Part shown: positions 11,780 through 25,319 of the stretch, piece after piece | Position numbering within the stretch: the stretch's first letter is position 1 | How the letters are laid out: each line of letters opens with the position of its first letter | Made by a program: the position numbers and the translations under genes | Assembly (NCBI GenBank): GCA_002269645.1 | Contig: NIVC01001696.1 | Coordinates: forward strand, 1 to 64,000 | Direction of reading: 5' to 3' | Length of the DNA stretch: 64,000 nucleotides | DNA from: Macrostomum lignano | Lineage: Eukaryota | The notes under the pieces: model-generated | The model's database searches: none | Seen by the model: only the letters and a program-made list of their open reading frames with translations | Told to the model about the DNA's origin: nothing

Positions 11780-13084
11780 GCTTTTGGTTTCCGGGTTACC
11801 CGATCAAGTCCGAATCTAGAGTTTGGAATGAAACGTAGACTTATAATATACGACTAGAGATCTGGATTTATGAATCAACGCGAGCAGTGTAAACGGGTAA
11901 ATGCAGCTTGGCTAATGTGTCGTGCATTTGCACGCAGGTAAGACGTGAACATTTTATACAGTCAAAAGATTGTTAATTCTTTGGACTAACTTTAGGCCTT
12001 AGTTCTTATCGGTACGTGCTTATAAGTCACTACATGTACCTGTATGACATGACCGCCCAACGTTCGTGTGTCCATGCCATCATGCGCGACTTAAGACTGA
12101 CCCCCCCCCCTAGATCGAGATGCGATAAGCTGTTCTTATCCAGTGTATTATTACGGTTCAAGTAAATATAAATTACTACGAGTGTATCAGATATATATTC
12201 ACAACTTTCCACTTACAAATTGATATCGATCCGATTTGATACAACTGCGTAGCAAACTAACGAACTCGGTGTATAATTAACAGTCAACTCAAAACAGCTG
12301 AGGTATATTTTGGTCGATCTAAAGAAGGGGAAGAGTGGAAAAGGCAAGAGATTTCTTTCGGCTTGGCTTGCCACTTAAGTACGAGCTGCGTATGCGTTGC
12401 ACGTTGCACTTCGAGTGAGCAACCCCCCTTGCACATGTAAGCTAAGCTACAATGTAGATCTCTACCGGCAACTCCACCTGACTACCTAAGAGGTACAATC
12501 AAACCTAAGCTAATGCAGCAGTGACTGTACTTGTTGGTAGCCAATTAACGACTCACTTTTTTCGCACGGTCGGGTTTCTCTCCCACGGCACTCAGTGTAA
12601 AAATGACTTCTATATTTTATAAACTGTTGTACAGTACGTGAATGTAAAAATGAAATCATATTTTTCGGCATTCAGAGCAGATTTATAAGAGCAAAATTGA
12701 AAGGAGAGAGAGAGACAGAGCTAAGAGCGGGGACACGACCTCTATACCTACGCCTGTATTTCATTCTTCACGCAGTTTTACTGCAGAGTGCCATTGCCAC
12801 ACTGAACCCGCGCGTACACAAAGCCATACAGTCTGTAAGTCTTATTGAATGTAAAACCGGATTTATCCGAACAACACTGACTATTTGCTGTGCTAAGGAC
12901 CGGCACAGGTAGAAAGTGGTGCGCAGACAGAGCCTACTGAAAAGAGAAGCAGTCTACTATCTTCCAATCTTTCAAATGGCTTCTCGTTAGGTATATAACA
13001 AATGCATACTCACGGAAATCTCTTACATTTACCAATTTGCAATTTTCACATGCGGCTAAATAATCAGAATTCAGCGACTGATGA

Positions 13085-13790
13085 TCTGGGAGGCTTGCCC
13101 AGCAACTGAAGATTTAAGAGGCTGACCCTGCAACTGAGAATCTGGGATTCTGGTGGCCCAGCAACTGGGGATCTTGAAGGCTGGTTCAGGAACTGAGGAC
13201 CTGGGAAGCTGGTCCTGCAACTGACACTCTGGAAGGCTGGTTCAGCAACTGAGGATCTGAGAGGCTGGCACAGCAACTGAGGATCTGAGAGGCTGGCACA
13301 GCAACTGAGGATCTGAGAGGCTGGCACAGCAACTGAGGATCTGGGAGCTAGGTTGCCTTAGTAACTGAGGATCTAGGAGGCTGGCCCAGCAACTGACACT
13401 CTGGGAGCTAGGTTGCCTTAGCAACTGAGGATCTGGGAGCTAGGTTGCCTTAGCAACTGAGGATCTGGGAGCTAGGTTGCCTTAGCAACTGAGGATCTGG
13501 GAGCTAGGTTGCCTTAGCAACTGAGGATCTGGGAGCTAGGTTGCCTTAGCAACTGAGGATCTGGGAGGTTGCCCCAGCAACTGAGGATCTGGGAGGCTGG
13601 CCCAGCAACTGAGGATCTGGGAGGCTGGCCCAGCAACTGAGGATCTGGGAGGCTGGCCCAGCAACTGAGGATCTGGGAGGTTGCCCCAGCAACTGAGGAT
13701 CTGGGAGGCTGGCCCAGCAACTGAGGATCTGGGAGGCTGGCCCAGCAACTGAGGATCTGGGAGGCTGGCTCAGTAACTGAGGCTCTGGAA
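13085..13790. repeat. 28/32-bp minisatellite containing GTTGCC-NN-AGCAAC palindromes
   Basis: Units AGCAACTGAGGATCTGGGAG(CTAGGTTGCCTT or GCTGGCCC). Confidence 0.95.
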
Positions 13791-14500
13791 AGTAGACAAA
13801 CCTACATAAAATATAATCTATTTTTTAGTACAATGAATCAACAAAGAGTGCTAACAGGTCTAAAATATGTAACTCCGAGTCATAGCTTAAATGTGTGGCA
13901 AATATCTACAGTCAACTAAAGCCCTGGGTTTAACAAGGGTTTGACAAGTAATAAATATTTAGAAAAGTACAAATAACGTGAATCGAGAAGACAGTAAGCA
14001 AATCAACTTTTTTACACTACTTTGGCATATAGCACAAATATAGAAACACACAAGCATAACTGCCAGTTATTTTGGCGTAGTTTATTTGTTGACATAACTA
14101 ATTAATTATAAAAGCTACTAAAAACTCGTGACATTATTACTTACAATAGTAGCGAGAGCGAAATTGCCTTAAAACAGTTATATATCGTCAATTAGCAACA
14201 ACTATTAAAATGCTGGAAAACCACCGAGACATCAGATCAGAGCAAAGAGATAGGGAAAACGTAGCTGTGAAAGTTGAAGGGAGAGATAAAGGGAGAGCTA
14301 AAGGGAAAGTTGAAGGAAGAATTAAAGGGAAAGTTGAAGGGAGAGATGAAGGAAGAGATTAAGGGAAAGATGAAGGGAGAGACAAAGGGAGATACTTAGG
14401 GAAGAGACAGACGGAAAGGAAACAAAATATTATGACATATAGCTGCACAGCACAAGCTAGCAAACTTTTATAAAATGATGGTTAAATAAAACAAAGCCAA

Positions 14501-17500
14501 TCAAGCCGCAGAATAATACGCTTTGATAATCTTAACCTCTTCAACTGGTCGATCATTAGAGTCCGTAGCAACCAGACCGAGCTTCTGCACAGTTCTCATT
14601 CCGCTATAGACCCTTCCAAATATAGTATGCTTATTGTCTAGCCACTCAGTCGGGGCCAGTGTGATAAAAAACTGCGACCCGTTCGTATTTGGTCCAGAAT
14701 TGGCCATGCTGACTATACCAGCGCCTGAGTGCTTCAAGTCTGAATGGATCTCATCGTCGAAATGCTTGCCATAGATGGACGAACCGCCCCGACCAGTGCC
14801 CGTGGGGTCGCCGCCTTGCACCATGAAATCGCGTACGATCCGATGAAACTTCACGTCGTTATAGTAGCCGCGTTTCACCAGCTCAGCAAAGTTCTTGCAA
14901 GTTTTTGGCGCATGACGCCAATATAGTTCGATTTCGAATGAGCCCAAGCTGAGAAAGGAGAGTCAGGCAAGGAGAGCGCGAGTTGTTGGTGGGCCTTTGA
15001 TATCAAAGTAAAGTTGCCAAGAATTTGCTTTGCATGAGAACATTTTGTATTTGCAACAACAAGATCCTAGCAACCAATGTTGATAGTCAGGCAAGGAGAG
15101 TCAGGCAAGGAGAGCGCGAGTTGTTGGTGGGCCTTTGATATCAAAGTAAAGTTGCCAAGAATTTGCTTTGCATGAGAACATTTTGTATTTGCAACAACAA
15201 GATCCTAGCAACCAATGTTGATAATAGCTAAGCAGAATTATAGAGAAATGGTTTTCTATCTGGCAGTAGCAGCAATCATATCAGATATCAAACTGCAATA
15301 TGATGCTCTACAAAAGTGCACCTTCAACTTGATGACTTCAGCTTGACCTTCAACTTGTTGATACCAATTTTTTTATATGAAAAGCTTGTCTCTATATAAA
15401 AGAGCAATGGAATAAAGTGCAGGAAGCAATGGTAAAGCACAATACCTACTATGGCATCAATAGTGGGTAGCAGTATCAATGTGAGACCATTTTATGTCAG
15501 CAATTGAAGCATTAAATACTTGTAGCATACATAAATTTCTAAACATTAAGTGACTACTCATGATCTTTGTTACTTTTCCAGTTTTGACACATGAGTCAAA
15601 GTTTTTTCTAAGCTAAAAAGAACTTTAACTGCTGAGTGCAACACAATGGGTGACAATTGTCTACAATCTATTCTGCTACTCCAATTCTACTATAACACTT
15701 TTCTAACTCATTAAGAAGTTCTTCAAAAGTTTAAAATGAAGCATAGATGCATAGAAATTTTACTTTGAAGTGTTAGTGCTAGTGTTTTTCAATTTTTAGA
15801 ATTAATTTGGAATTGCAATCTTATGAGCTGTCCTACACTATATTATATTGTTTTAACATGCCTTAAAAAAAGAAAATAAATTATTTGTGACAAAAACAAA
15901 ACAAGCTTACTAATTACTTTTACAGATACTCGTTATACACTTAGTTTATTTTCAAGAAATATATAGTGATTGTATATTGTAAAACAAAATTCTTTGTCAC
16001 TTTGCAAGGCTTTTAAATCCTTGCATTCAAGTTTAGAAAATTAGTGTCTATAGAAGTTTTAGCAAATGCTTTGTACTTTTATTATTATGCTATAACTTTC
16101 TATCTTCAAATTATAATGAAGTTTTATCATTTAAAAACTACTTTCCTATGCTTTGAATATTATTTTGACAAGTGAAAAAATTAATTTGACATTTGTAATT
16201 TCCATGTTTATTTCATTGTCTATCTTTGCATGTAAGTTCAGCTAGGCCTATTATCCATACTCAGGAAGGTGGCCTGCACGCAGGAATTTTCCCGCGTGCA
16301 CAAGCCACGCTAAAATTTTGGCGTGCAAAGTTGGTGTGCAAATAGGGGTCTCAAGCCACGCCTAAATTTTCAGCGTACAAGTTTTTTACTTGGCGTGTAA
16401 CTTTGGCGTGCAATTACAAACTGACAGTATATCAACAAGTCAGATATAGATGTATACACTATATATATATAATATATAAAGTTAAACGTGAACAATTGAA
16501 TTTAAATATTGATTGAACCAACTAGTTTAGGCTACAGCCTAGCCTACAGCCAGGCCTACACTCTACAGCCTACATTAAAATTAAAATATCCAATAACTTT
16601 TAAATGCTCTTATTTTGTGACTCTTGTAGACTTTTAGTTTATTTGTTTCTTGAAATGTAAAGAAAAAGTTTTTGATACTCACTATGTTCTTCGTAGCAAA
16701 TTTCTTTTTTTTATATAAACTTTGTTTAACGTAAGTAGAAAATTTATTTAAAAATAGTATCTAATATGGTTAATATTCAAATCACACGTACATGAGGCGT
16801 AAATGATTTTCGGTATTCAAGATTTTTGGCATGCAACAAAAACGTCATATTAAGGGTTTTAAAAAATTGGCATACATTGGCGTGCACCAAGGATTTTTCC
16901 ATAAATTGATTCCCGCGTGCACTTGCCACCTTCCTGACTATGGCCTATTATTGTACTTGACTTTTGCAAGCATTAAGAATTGGTGATTCTAATTAGGCCT
17001 AATGTCTTGGATGCCAATTTTGGTTGGTCTTACATGATCATACATGAAATCCACCAACAAATTAAGTATATGCCTAATAGTTATTTTCTAGTGAATGAAT
17101 GCCAATTAAAATATAAAAATGCTCAATTTTTTATACTTAATCATGATTTGTATTTTAAGCACACAATATTGGCAAATGGTATCTCTACAAAACATTTAAT
17201 ATTAGTGCCCCAAAATTGCCACCTCCACCCAATACAAAATCCGACATACGCAATTGCCTAAATTGCTACTATTACCAAAATAGATATTCTTAAATAACTA
17301 AAATTAAATAAAGATACTCATTAAACAAACTAATGCCCTCAAGAAACTAGTTTTTTTCTAAATCTAAGTCTTTTAAAATTTACTTAAAAAGTAAAAACAT
17401 AAAATAAAATATATTTTTGCATTTTGTTTTGTCAGCCTTAGGCATAGCCAGTTTTGAACATGCCATTTTTGTGCTAGAATGAGCAAAATATAAGGTGATT

Positions 17501-17894
17501 GTAAACTGAAACTGGCAAAATTTGAAGTCTGGGTTCATTTTTTGTGTGTAAAATATACATATACACACTTGGCTTAATTTTAAAATTGTACCCTAAAATT
17601 AAAAATAAAATTGACAAGTGGGTATGGTTTAGATGTGGTCCCATAACTTATTTTTCTGTTGAAGCCATTTTTGCACTGCCTCTAACTAAGAAAAAATAGA
17701 AATTGCACTCTGAGCCTTTAAATTACACTGAAATAGCACAGGATACAATTTTGTACCTTGTCTCTGGCAAAATGTTTCAATGTTTTAAAATTAAAACATA
17801 ATTAACTATAATATAGAGAATAAAACATTAGTTTAAACCAAGTTGGAATTCATTTAACTTACTTGGTTTCAATTTTGATGACTGGGGGTTCATG
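14501..17894 (-). CDS. PPIL1: Spliceosomal cyclophilin PPIL1; exons 17894-17863 and 14948-14501
   Basis: MKPPVIKIETN|LGSFEIELYWRHAPKTCKNFAEL...FHRIVRDFMVQGGDPTGTGRGG...MANSGPNTNGSQFFITL; phase-2 GTAAGT..CAG intron. Confidence 0.93.
14961..15223. repeat. ~135-bp tandem duplication at the PPIL1 intron end
   Basis: Two copies of AGTCAGGCAAGGAGAGCGCG...CAATGTTGATA. Confidence 0.9.
16255..16943. mobile_element. MITE with ~30-bp TIRs and 8-bp TSD (hAT/P-like), in the PPIL1 intron
   Basis: TIR CCATA(C/G)TCAGGAAGGTGGC; exact TSD CCTATTAT at 16247-16254 and 16944-16951. Confidence 0.88.
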
Positions 17895-18691
17895 AGAGGC
17901 CATTGGCATTGATTTAGTTCAATGGCCAAAATTAGATTAGCCTTATTGACAGAGAGTAGTATCAAGTTAGGCCTAGCTTTTAGAACTAGGGCCTAATTAC
18001 TTGAATACACAGTATAATATAAGCTGAACTTATGTGAACTAGGACCTACCTAGCAGTAAAGAAGTCACAGTATAAAATTTAAATAAAAAGAAAATTGCCT
18101 ATAAAGTATTAAGTCTATTCGACCTTTTAAATCAAAATATGCCCTACTCTGTTACTGTCAGCAGTCTCCAGTTGCAGTTTGACTTTTACTTTCTGGTTTT
18201 AATAGCCTACCCCTTTGGCCTTTTGTTTTAGGCTAGTCTACGCTCCAAATCTACTTTTTAGTTTTATGGAACTATGGAGTGTAGTTGTGAACTGGTATGT
18301 AGTCTTACAGACGTAGCTCTTAAGATAAGTTTATATCTAGGTGTAGTTCAACTAAGTATTAAATTTTATTTAATCAAAGACAATGGAGTATATCCTTTTT
18401 ACTGAAGGCGTGAAGCAACCCAGGCGTGCACATCTATGCGTGACGTCATAGGCCAAACAGTATTTTTTCGGAGAAAATTTTAAAACATCAACTTAATTTT
18501 TCATATTTTTCTATAGAAAAAACGCAAAACCTAAGAAAACTAAAAATATTCATTTGATTTTGTATAGTTCTTGTTTTTAAATACCGAATTTTTTGTTACA
18601 CTTGTTTTACTTTGTGCAATTAAAGTCCGTTAAAACGTGTTTTAAGTTCTTAAAGCCAAGCGCGGTGCGCGGCGCTGGAGAGGGAGAAATA

Positions 18692-18951
18692 GGGCCTTTT
18701 CATATTGCTTGTTCTGGTTCCAGAGCCAGAACCAATTTGTGAAGTATAACTTTTTGCCTCCATAACTAGAGGGAGATACGTGCTATAAAGTTTTTATTAT
18801 TGAATGACAATCGCCAAGAAGAAAGTGAAAAATTGTGCTAAGTTAGGTTGTTAAGGCAGTCAAATATTAACAGAGTTTAATAGTTATACTGCTGTTTTTC
18901 TTGGAATTCCGAACCGATTCTGGTTCTGGAATTGGTAATATGAAAAGGCCC
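18692..18951. mobile_element. 260-bp MITE with 3-bp TSD (PIF/Harbinger-like)
   Basis: Perfect 15-bp TIR GGGCCTTTTCATATT; ATA on both flanks. Confidence 0.8.
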
Positions 18952-21380
18952 ATAGAGAGACTAGGCTACCTGCGCTGACGCTGATGCTGTCGCTGACTAA
19001 GGTGTTGGAGAATGTAGAAAAAGGCTACAACTGTTCCCCTCCACTGAACTGCCGGAATATGGCTTTCTCATCATAGGCTAATTATGCTAATATCGAATAT
19101 CGATCTCACCTAACGTGACAACGTCCTAGACCTAAGTACTAAGTATTTAACTTTCATGTAAATTTTTTTTTCATAAGATTAGGCATAGGCCTAGGCTAGG
19201 GGCTAGGGCTGCTGGCCATTATAATATAGGGCCTAGTCAAATGACTCAAATATTACTAGAAGCCTAATGCCCAATGCCATGATATTATCAGGTCTAATAG
19301 TAATTACAATGTCATTATTTATTTGGTAGTTGTTATTGTTATGGTGACCATCTATAGGCTAGGCCCTAAATAACAAAATGGTTGTTTTTTATAATTAATG
19401 CATAAGACACTATGTGGGCCTATGTTCTTTACTTAATAAAACCATATAAATAGCAAAACTGTTATTTTTATGGTCACTGTAGCTAAGAAACAAAATGGCT
19501 ATTGCCTATTTTTATGGTCAAATTTCAGTCTGATTTCAGTCTAAAATTCAAATTTCAGAAATTTCAGTTAAATTACAATGTAGGCCCCTATTCTAATAGT
19601 TAACAATTACCTAAAATAAGCTACCATGACAAGAACCACTAGAAGTTACCATTGTATTTATTAATAAAACATTTCTTTATTTTTTTAATTTAACCATAGG
19701 CCTAATAATATTTGCACAACAATTTCGTCACTTTATTTAGATGGTATTTGTTTTAAGTGTTAACTATAAAAATAACCATCTTGCTATTTATATGGTCACT
19801 ATAACAATAACAACTGCCTATTTCTTTAGCCATTTTTAGCCTTTTTGCATTGTACACTAAGTGTTTTTTTAGTACAAGGTGTTCAAAAAAGATCTAGGAC
19901 TAGGCTTATGACTAGGCAACAGGCCTACACTACACAGTATAGCTTCTGGGTGCACTAGGCCTTTTAAATTTGCAGTTTCTTGCAAGCTATAGTATCCATA
20001 CTTATAGACATAGCTGTTGTGCCAATAGGCTCCAATTTAAAAAAGGGTAGATAGGAGAAGATTAATAACAACACTAAAAATAGAACACTTTGAATAAAGT
20101 GGCAGATATGTTGCATTACAAAAAACTAAAAAAAAATTCTAGTAAACAGTGGCACATAGTAAAAGCTGATCAAAAAGATTTAGCTCACAACAGGTCATCT
20201 ACAATGTATAGTCTATCCATGCCCTGTATGAACTATGATTTTAGGTACATTTTCAAGGCATAATTGAATAATATATGTTAGTCAGATAATTGATTCTTAG
20301 TAAATTAAACAAATGATCAAAAAAAGAAATTACCATAAAGTCAAAGCCTATATTTTTTAATTATTTTCAATGTGAGCTAAAATACATCATAGAGTTTTCA
20401 ATTTGAAAAGGCCTAAAAAGCAAAAAAATGCAAAAAAATTTAACTACTAGCTGGCAGTCAAAAAGTCAGGTTTCTTGTTGGTTTGTTTGTTTTATAGGTA
20501 TAAGTGCATCAGCCCCTAGCCAGGGGTCTTATGTTAATATTTATATTTTATCGTTTGAAATTAGTTGAAGAGGTTTCTTTCATTCATTCATTAATAAGTA
20601 CTGGGCAAACGAAGGCCCTGTGCCTCAGCCCTAGGGGGGGGGGGCTCTTACGCAATTGATGTATTTTTTGTTCCTGTTGGTATGATATATATTATTTTAA
20701 GGGTCGAGTTTGGAAGAGTAAAAATAAAACAAATTAAATTGATACAGTAGTAAAACTAAATACAAAGAAACAATGCAAATAAAACTTAAAACAAATGAAA
20801 GAGTGTAAGATGGGTAAAACAAATGAGTGAGAGTTGAAACTAAAAACAGAAAAGGAGTGTAAGAGTTATGTACAGTGATGAAGCACAAATGTTTGTAGGA
20901 GAAATTCAAAAGATGGTGTAGTTGAAGAGGTTTCTTCACTGCAAGCACTGCTTTTTATTTATAGAGAAGCTCCTAATCTCAATGTCTTGCTCTCTAACAT
21001 TTTCCAAGCTTGAACTACTATTAGTAGGGTAAAAAGCATATCCACCTTATAATAAGTACAATAAATAAACAATTTGTAATTGGTAAGTAAATATATCAAA
21101 AAAAAAAGATTTTTATATTAAAAACTCATACATTGTTTTAGAATCAAAGAGAATAATGTCGTTTATTTAAAATATTGACTTGAAATGGCAGAAAGAATGT
21201 TTAAACAAATCCAGCTATTGTAGATTAATAAAAACCCTATTGAGGTAAGAGTGAGGTTACTTTCAATCAGTTGATTGACATTGCAAATTTCTCAAGATTT
21301 TAGATTTGAACTGCATTGATTTAATTCTAGTCAATCAATTCTATTCATGCAAAAACTGCAAAAGCATCAAGACATACAGC

Positions 21381-22970
21381 ATGATTGAATATTGCAGCAA
21401 AAAAATTATGATGACTACCATTGGTGGTTTAATTTTGTAAGCTTTTCTATTGCCAGATTAAAATATTTTGTTATTTAATTGTAGAAATAATACAATACAT
21501 TCATTCTCTCACTTTTCCTAGCATATGCATCTTGGCTTTGTATCTGGAGGATGCACTAATTGAGCATCCAGAAGCTGTCAAGGCGGATGCTGTTCCATTG
21601 GCACCAGATTCCGCTGGCACTGCGTCTACAGCTTCTTCGCCTGCTAAGCCAGGCTCCCAGCTGATTCTGCCTAATCCTCAGCAGGTTTGTCCGCTCTGCG
21701 CACCTTTGTTTTTCGCACCTGAATGCCCCTTGACTAGCTCTCTGCTTCATCTGCCCTCTGCCTCCCCTCTGCCTGTCTTCCCCTCTGCCTCCCCTCTGCC
21801 TGTCTTCCCCTCTGGCCTCTGCCTCCCCTCTGCCTGTCTTCCCCTCTGCCCTCTGCCTCCCCTCTGCCTCCCCTCTGCCTGTCTTCCCCTCTGCCCTCTG
21901 CCTCCCCTCTGCCCTCTGCCTCCCCTCTGCCTGTCTTCCCCTCTGCCTGCCCTCCGCCTCCCCTTCCCTCTGCTCTCTGCCTCCCCTCTGCCTGTCTTCC
22001 CATCTGCCCTCTGCCTCCCCTCTGCCTGTCTTCCCCTCTGCCCTCTGCCTCCCCTCTGCCCTCTGCCTCCCCTCTGCCTGCCCTCCGCCTCCCCTTCCCT
22101 CTGCCCTCTGCCTCCCCTCTGCCTGTCTTCCCCTCTGCCTGCCCTCCGCCTCCCCTTCCCATCTGCCCTCTGCCTCCCCTCTGCCTGTCTTCTCCTCTGC
22201 CCTCTGCCTCCCCTCTGCCCTCTGCCTCCCCTCTGCCCTCTGCCTCCCCTCTGCCTGCCCTCCGCCTCCCCTTCCCTCTGCTCTCTGCCTGCCCCATCTG
22301 CCTTCCCTTCTGCTCTCTGCCTGCCCTCTGCCTTCCCCTCTGCCCTCTGCCTGCCCCCTATGCCTTCCCCTCTGCCCTCTAACTGCCCTCTTCCTGCCCC
22401 TCTGCCTTGCCCTCTGCCTGCCCTCCCCCTGCTTCCCCTCTCCCCTCTCTACCTCTTCCCCCTCTCCTTCTCCCTCTCCCTCTGTCTCTAGCCCTCCCTT
22501 TACCTCTCCTGACTCTCCCTCTGCCCCCATCCTTAACAGCATTCCCTCTCCTATCTGCCTTCCATATCCTACTGGCCTTACACTTGCCTACCGCTCCCCC
22601 CCTGCACCCCCAGGTGCTTCTACCCGGCAACCGCAGCTGCCTAGCGGTGGGGCCGTGTATTCGTTGCAGCCAATTCGAATCCAGTCTATCAAACGCCAAA
22701 TTATCATCCTATTGCGTATCTGGCTACAAGCGCCGTGTCGCGTGCCCCGGCGACAGCGAACAGAAATCTACGCCATCTAGATTCGCCGCCTGTCCATCCA
22801 ATTTGATACCGACACAGTCGCAGGCACTGGAGCGCGGCAAATTCTTTCTATTTCACGCACTGTGCTTTCTAGCGTTGCTTTTATCTGGCGCACTTGTGCA
22901 GAGAAGGCAGCGACAGTTAAATCGTAGCTTTGCTGATCGGATTAACAAACAGGTGGCTTCTGGTGTTTGA
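21381..22970 (+). CDS. JTB: Jumping translocation breakpoint protein; exons 21381-21436, 21522-21684, 22614-22970
   Basis: MIEYCSKKIMMTTIGGLIFICILALYLED N-terminus; JTB cysteine pattern C..GPCIRC..F...C..GYKRRVAC..C; TM helix then RRQRQLNR; splice phases 2 and 0 are consistent. Confidence 0.9.
21740..22560. repeat. C/T-rich degenerate minisatellite (CCCTCTGCCTCCCCTCTG-like) in JTB intron 2
   Basis: Low-complexity array; source of several spurious ORFs. Confidence 0.9.
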
Positions 22971-23159
22971 ATTTGAATTGCTGTTATTATTGCTTTTTTT
23001 CTTTAACCGACCGATCGCCTTTCTACTAGTCTTGACAGAACCTGAAAATAATTATTTTTTCTGTTTATTATCTACCAGTAATGTAGCTTTGGATTTCTTC
23101 AAAATTAGTGTTGAAAATCCTATTACTAATTTGGCCTTCAGCTGACTTGAATTAAGGTC

Positions 23160-23945
23160 CATAGCAGTCTTGAGAATTAGTCCTAAACTGACCTAAAATA
23201 TCGCATCTTGCAGCTTTAGGAAACTGGTCCAAAACTTACCTAAAATATCGCACTTAGCGGTTTTAGGAAACTGGTCCTAAACTGACCTAAAATATCGCCC
23301 TGGTAGTCTTGAAACTGGTCCTAAACTGACCTAAAATATGATCCCTGGCACTCTTAGGGAACTGGTCCTAAACTAACTGAAAATATGGCCCTGACAGGCC
23401 TGACACTATTATGGAACTGTTCCTAAACTTACCTAAAATATCGCATCTGGCAGTTTTAGGAAACTGGTCCTAAACTTACCTAAAATATCGCATCTGGCAG
23501 TTTTAGGAAACTGGTCCAAAACTTACCTAAAATATCGCATCTGGCAGTTTTAGAAACTGGTCCAAAACTTACCTAAAATATCGCATCTGGCAGTTTTAGA
23601 AACTGGTCCAAAACTTACCTAAAATATCGCATCTGGCAGTTTTAGAAACTGGTCCAAAACTTACCTAAAATATCGCATCTGGCAGTTTTAGAAACTGGTC
23701 CAAAACTTACCTAAAATATCGCATCTGGCAGTTTTAGAAACTGGTCCAAAACTTACCTAAAATATCGCCCTGGTAGTCTTGAAACTGGTCCTAAACTGAC
23801 CTAAAATATGATCCCTGGCACTCTTAGGGAACTGGTCCTAAACTAACTGAAAATATGGCCCTGACACTAGTATGGAACTGGTCCTAAACTGACCTAAAAT
23901 ATGGCTGCTGGCAGTCTTGGAACTGATCCTAAACTTACCTAAATT
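23160..23945. repeat. ~46-bp minisatellite (AAACTGGTCCAAAACTTACCTAAAATATCGCATCTGGCAGTTTTAG)n
   Basis: Homogeneous core with diverged edges. Confidence 0.93.
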
Positions 23946-25319
23946 ATCGCTCTTGGTAAGTCCTGCAAAGTTGTTTTGTATACTGACATAAACTGATAAG
24001 AGCGTGTTCCGTAATGATATAAATATTGTCAATAAATATACGTACTGGTCACTGAATAGTGAATACAGTTTTAAATGTTTTTAGTAATTTACGAGTATTG
24101 ACACCACTTCATGATATTAAATGCCTAATATTGCGTCAACACAAACTCTCCTGATTATGATTATTTAAATATAGATACAATGTTATTAAGCTGTTAAGTC
24201 TTAGTTTATTGTTTCATAAACTTCTGTGACTGTATTGCATTTTTAACAGCGAGATTTGCGTGAATGCGTTTGATTGAAATTTCATTCCATTTTCTCTTTT
24301 TATTTTGTGCATGCTGTAAATTAATGTTTGTTTATTCAGTTATTGCTATTAGTAAAAGTCGTGTATTTTCAGAGAAATATTTATAACAGCAGTCAGTCTG
24401 ATTTTATCAGCATTATTTATTTCGACCAATTAATTGCTTACTAAGAATATTCTTTATTGGTTAATTAATATAGTTATATTAAAGTGGTGAACTTGTACTA
24501 TAGGACACAAAATACATTATTTACTTGAAGAAGGTTGTTTTGATTAATATTTATTCACTAATATAAAAAACTATCGATTAACTAAGCTTGAACAATATAG
24601 TCTGGCGTTTGTTAATTTCGGTTTGAATAGTTTTTAATTTTGGAAGAGTGATTTTCAAAAAAACGAAGAAATTTTTGGAAATGAAGGCGCATCATCGTAC
24701 ATTACGTCTACTCTGTTCTGTACTCTACTTGGCTGGGCTGGATCATCTTCCTTAAGTCTAATGATGAAGTCTGTAGCGGTGGTTATTTTTTGGCTTCTAC
24801 AAATTAATGTAGTTTTTGTACGGATTAATTTGTACGCTGAGTTACGAGTAGATCGTTCGCGCTATTCTGCAGATAGGGCGGGTTATGTGCATGTCGGGAA
24901 GGAAGGGACGGGAGTTAGTATGTACATTAAGCCTGAAAAAAATAAAGGCTACAGGGTGAGGGGGGTTGGTAAGATAAGAGAGGCGAAGGCTGGTTTGGCA
25001 TGGGTGGAAGGACGGACGGAAGGCCTGGGGTTTTACAACCTACCCCTCCTCCCCAGTTCTCTCCCTTCTATTCAGTTTATAATCTGCCGTCCGCTCGCCC
25101 GCCCCACCCAAACCGTTTTCCTTTCCTTTTTTACAACTCACTCGCCCACCCACTTTTCTGCCGGTGTGTGTTTTGCGTGCCATTTTTGTTTTGGCCCAAA
25201 CACCCTCTAAGAGACGACAGAAAGCGTGAATTAAGTGGAACCAAAAGTTTGATTAAACACACTGCTAAATACTCCAATACAAATAGTCTGTCTACAGTGT
25301 GGTCTAGCCAGAGAGATCC

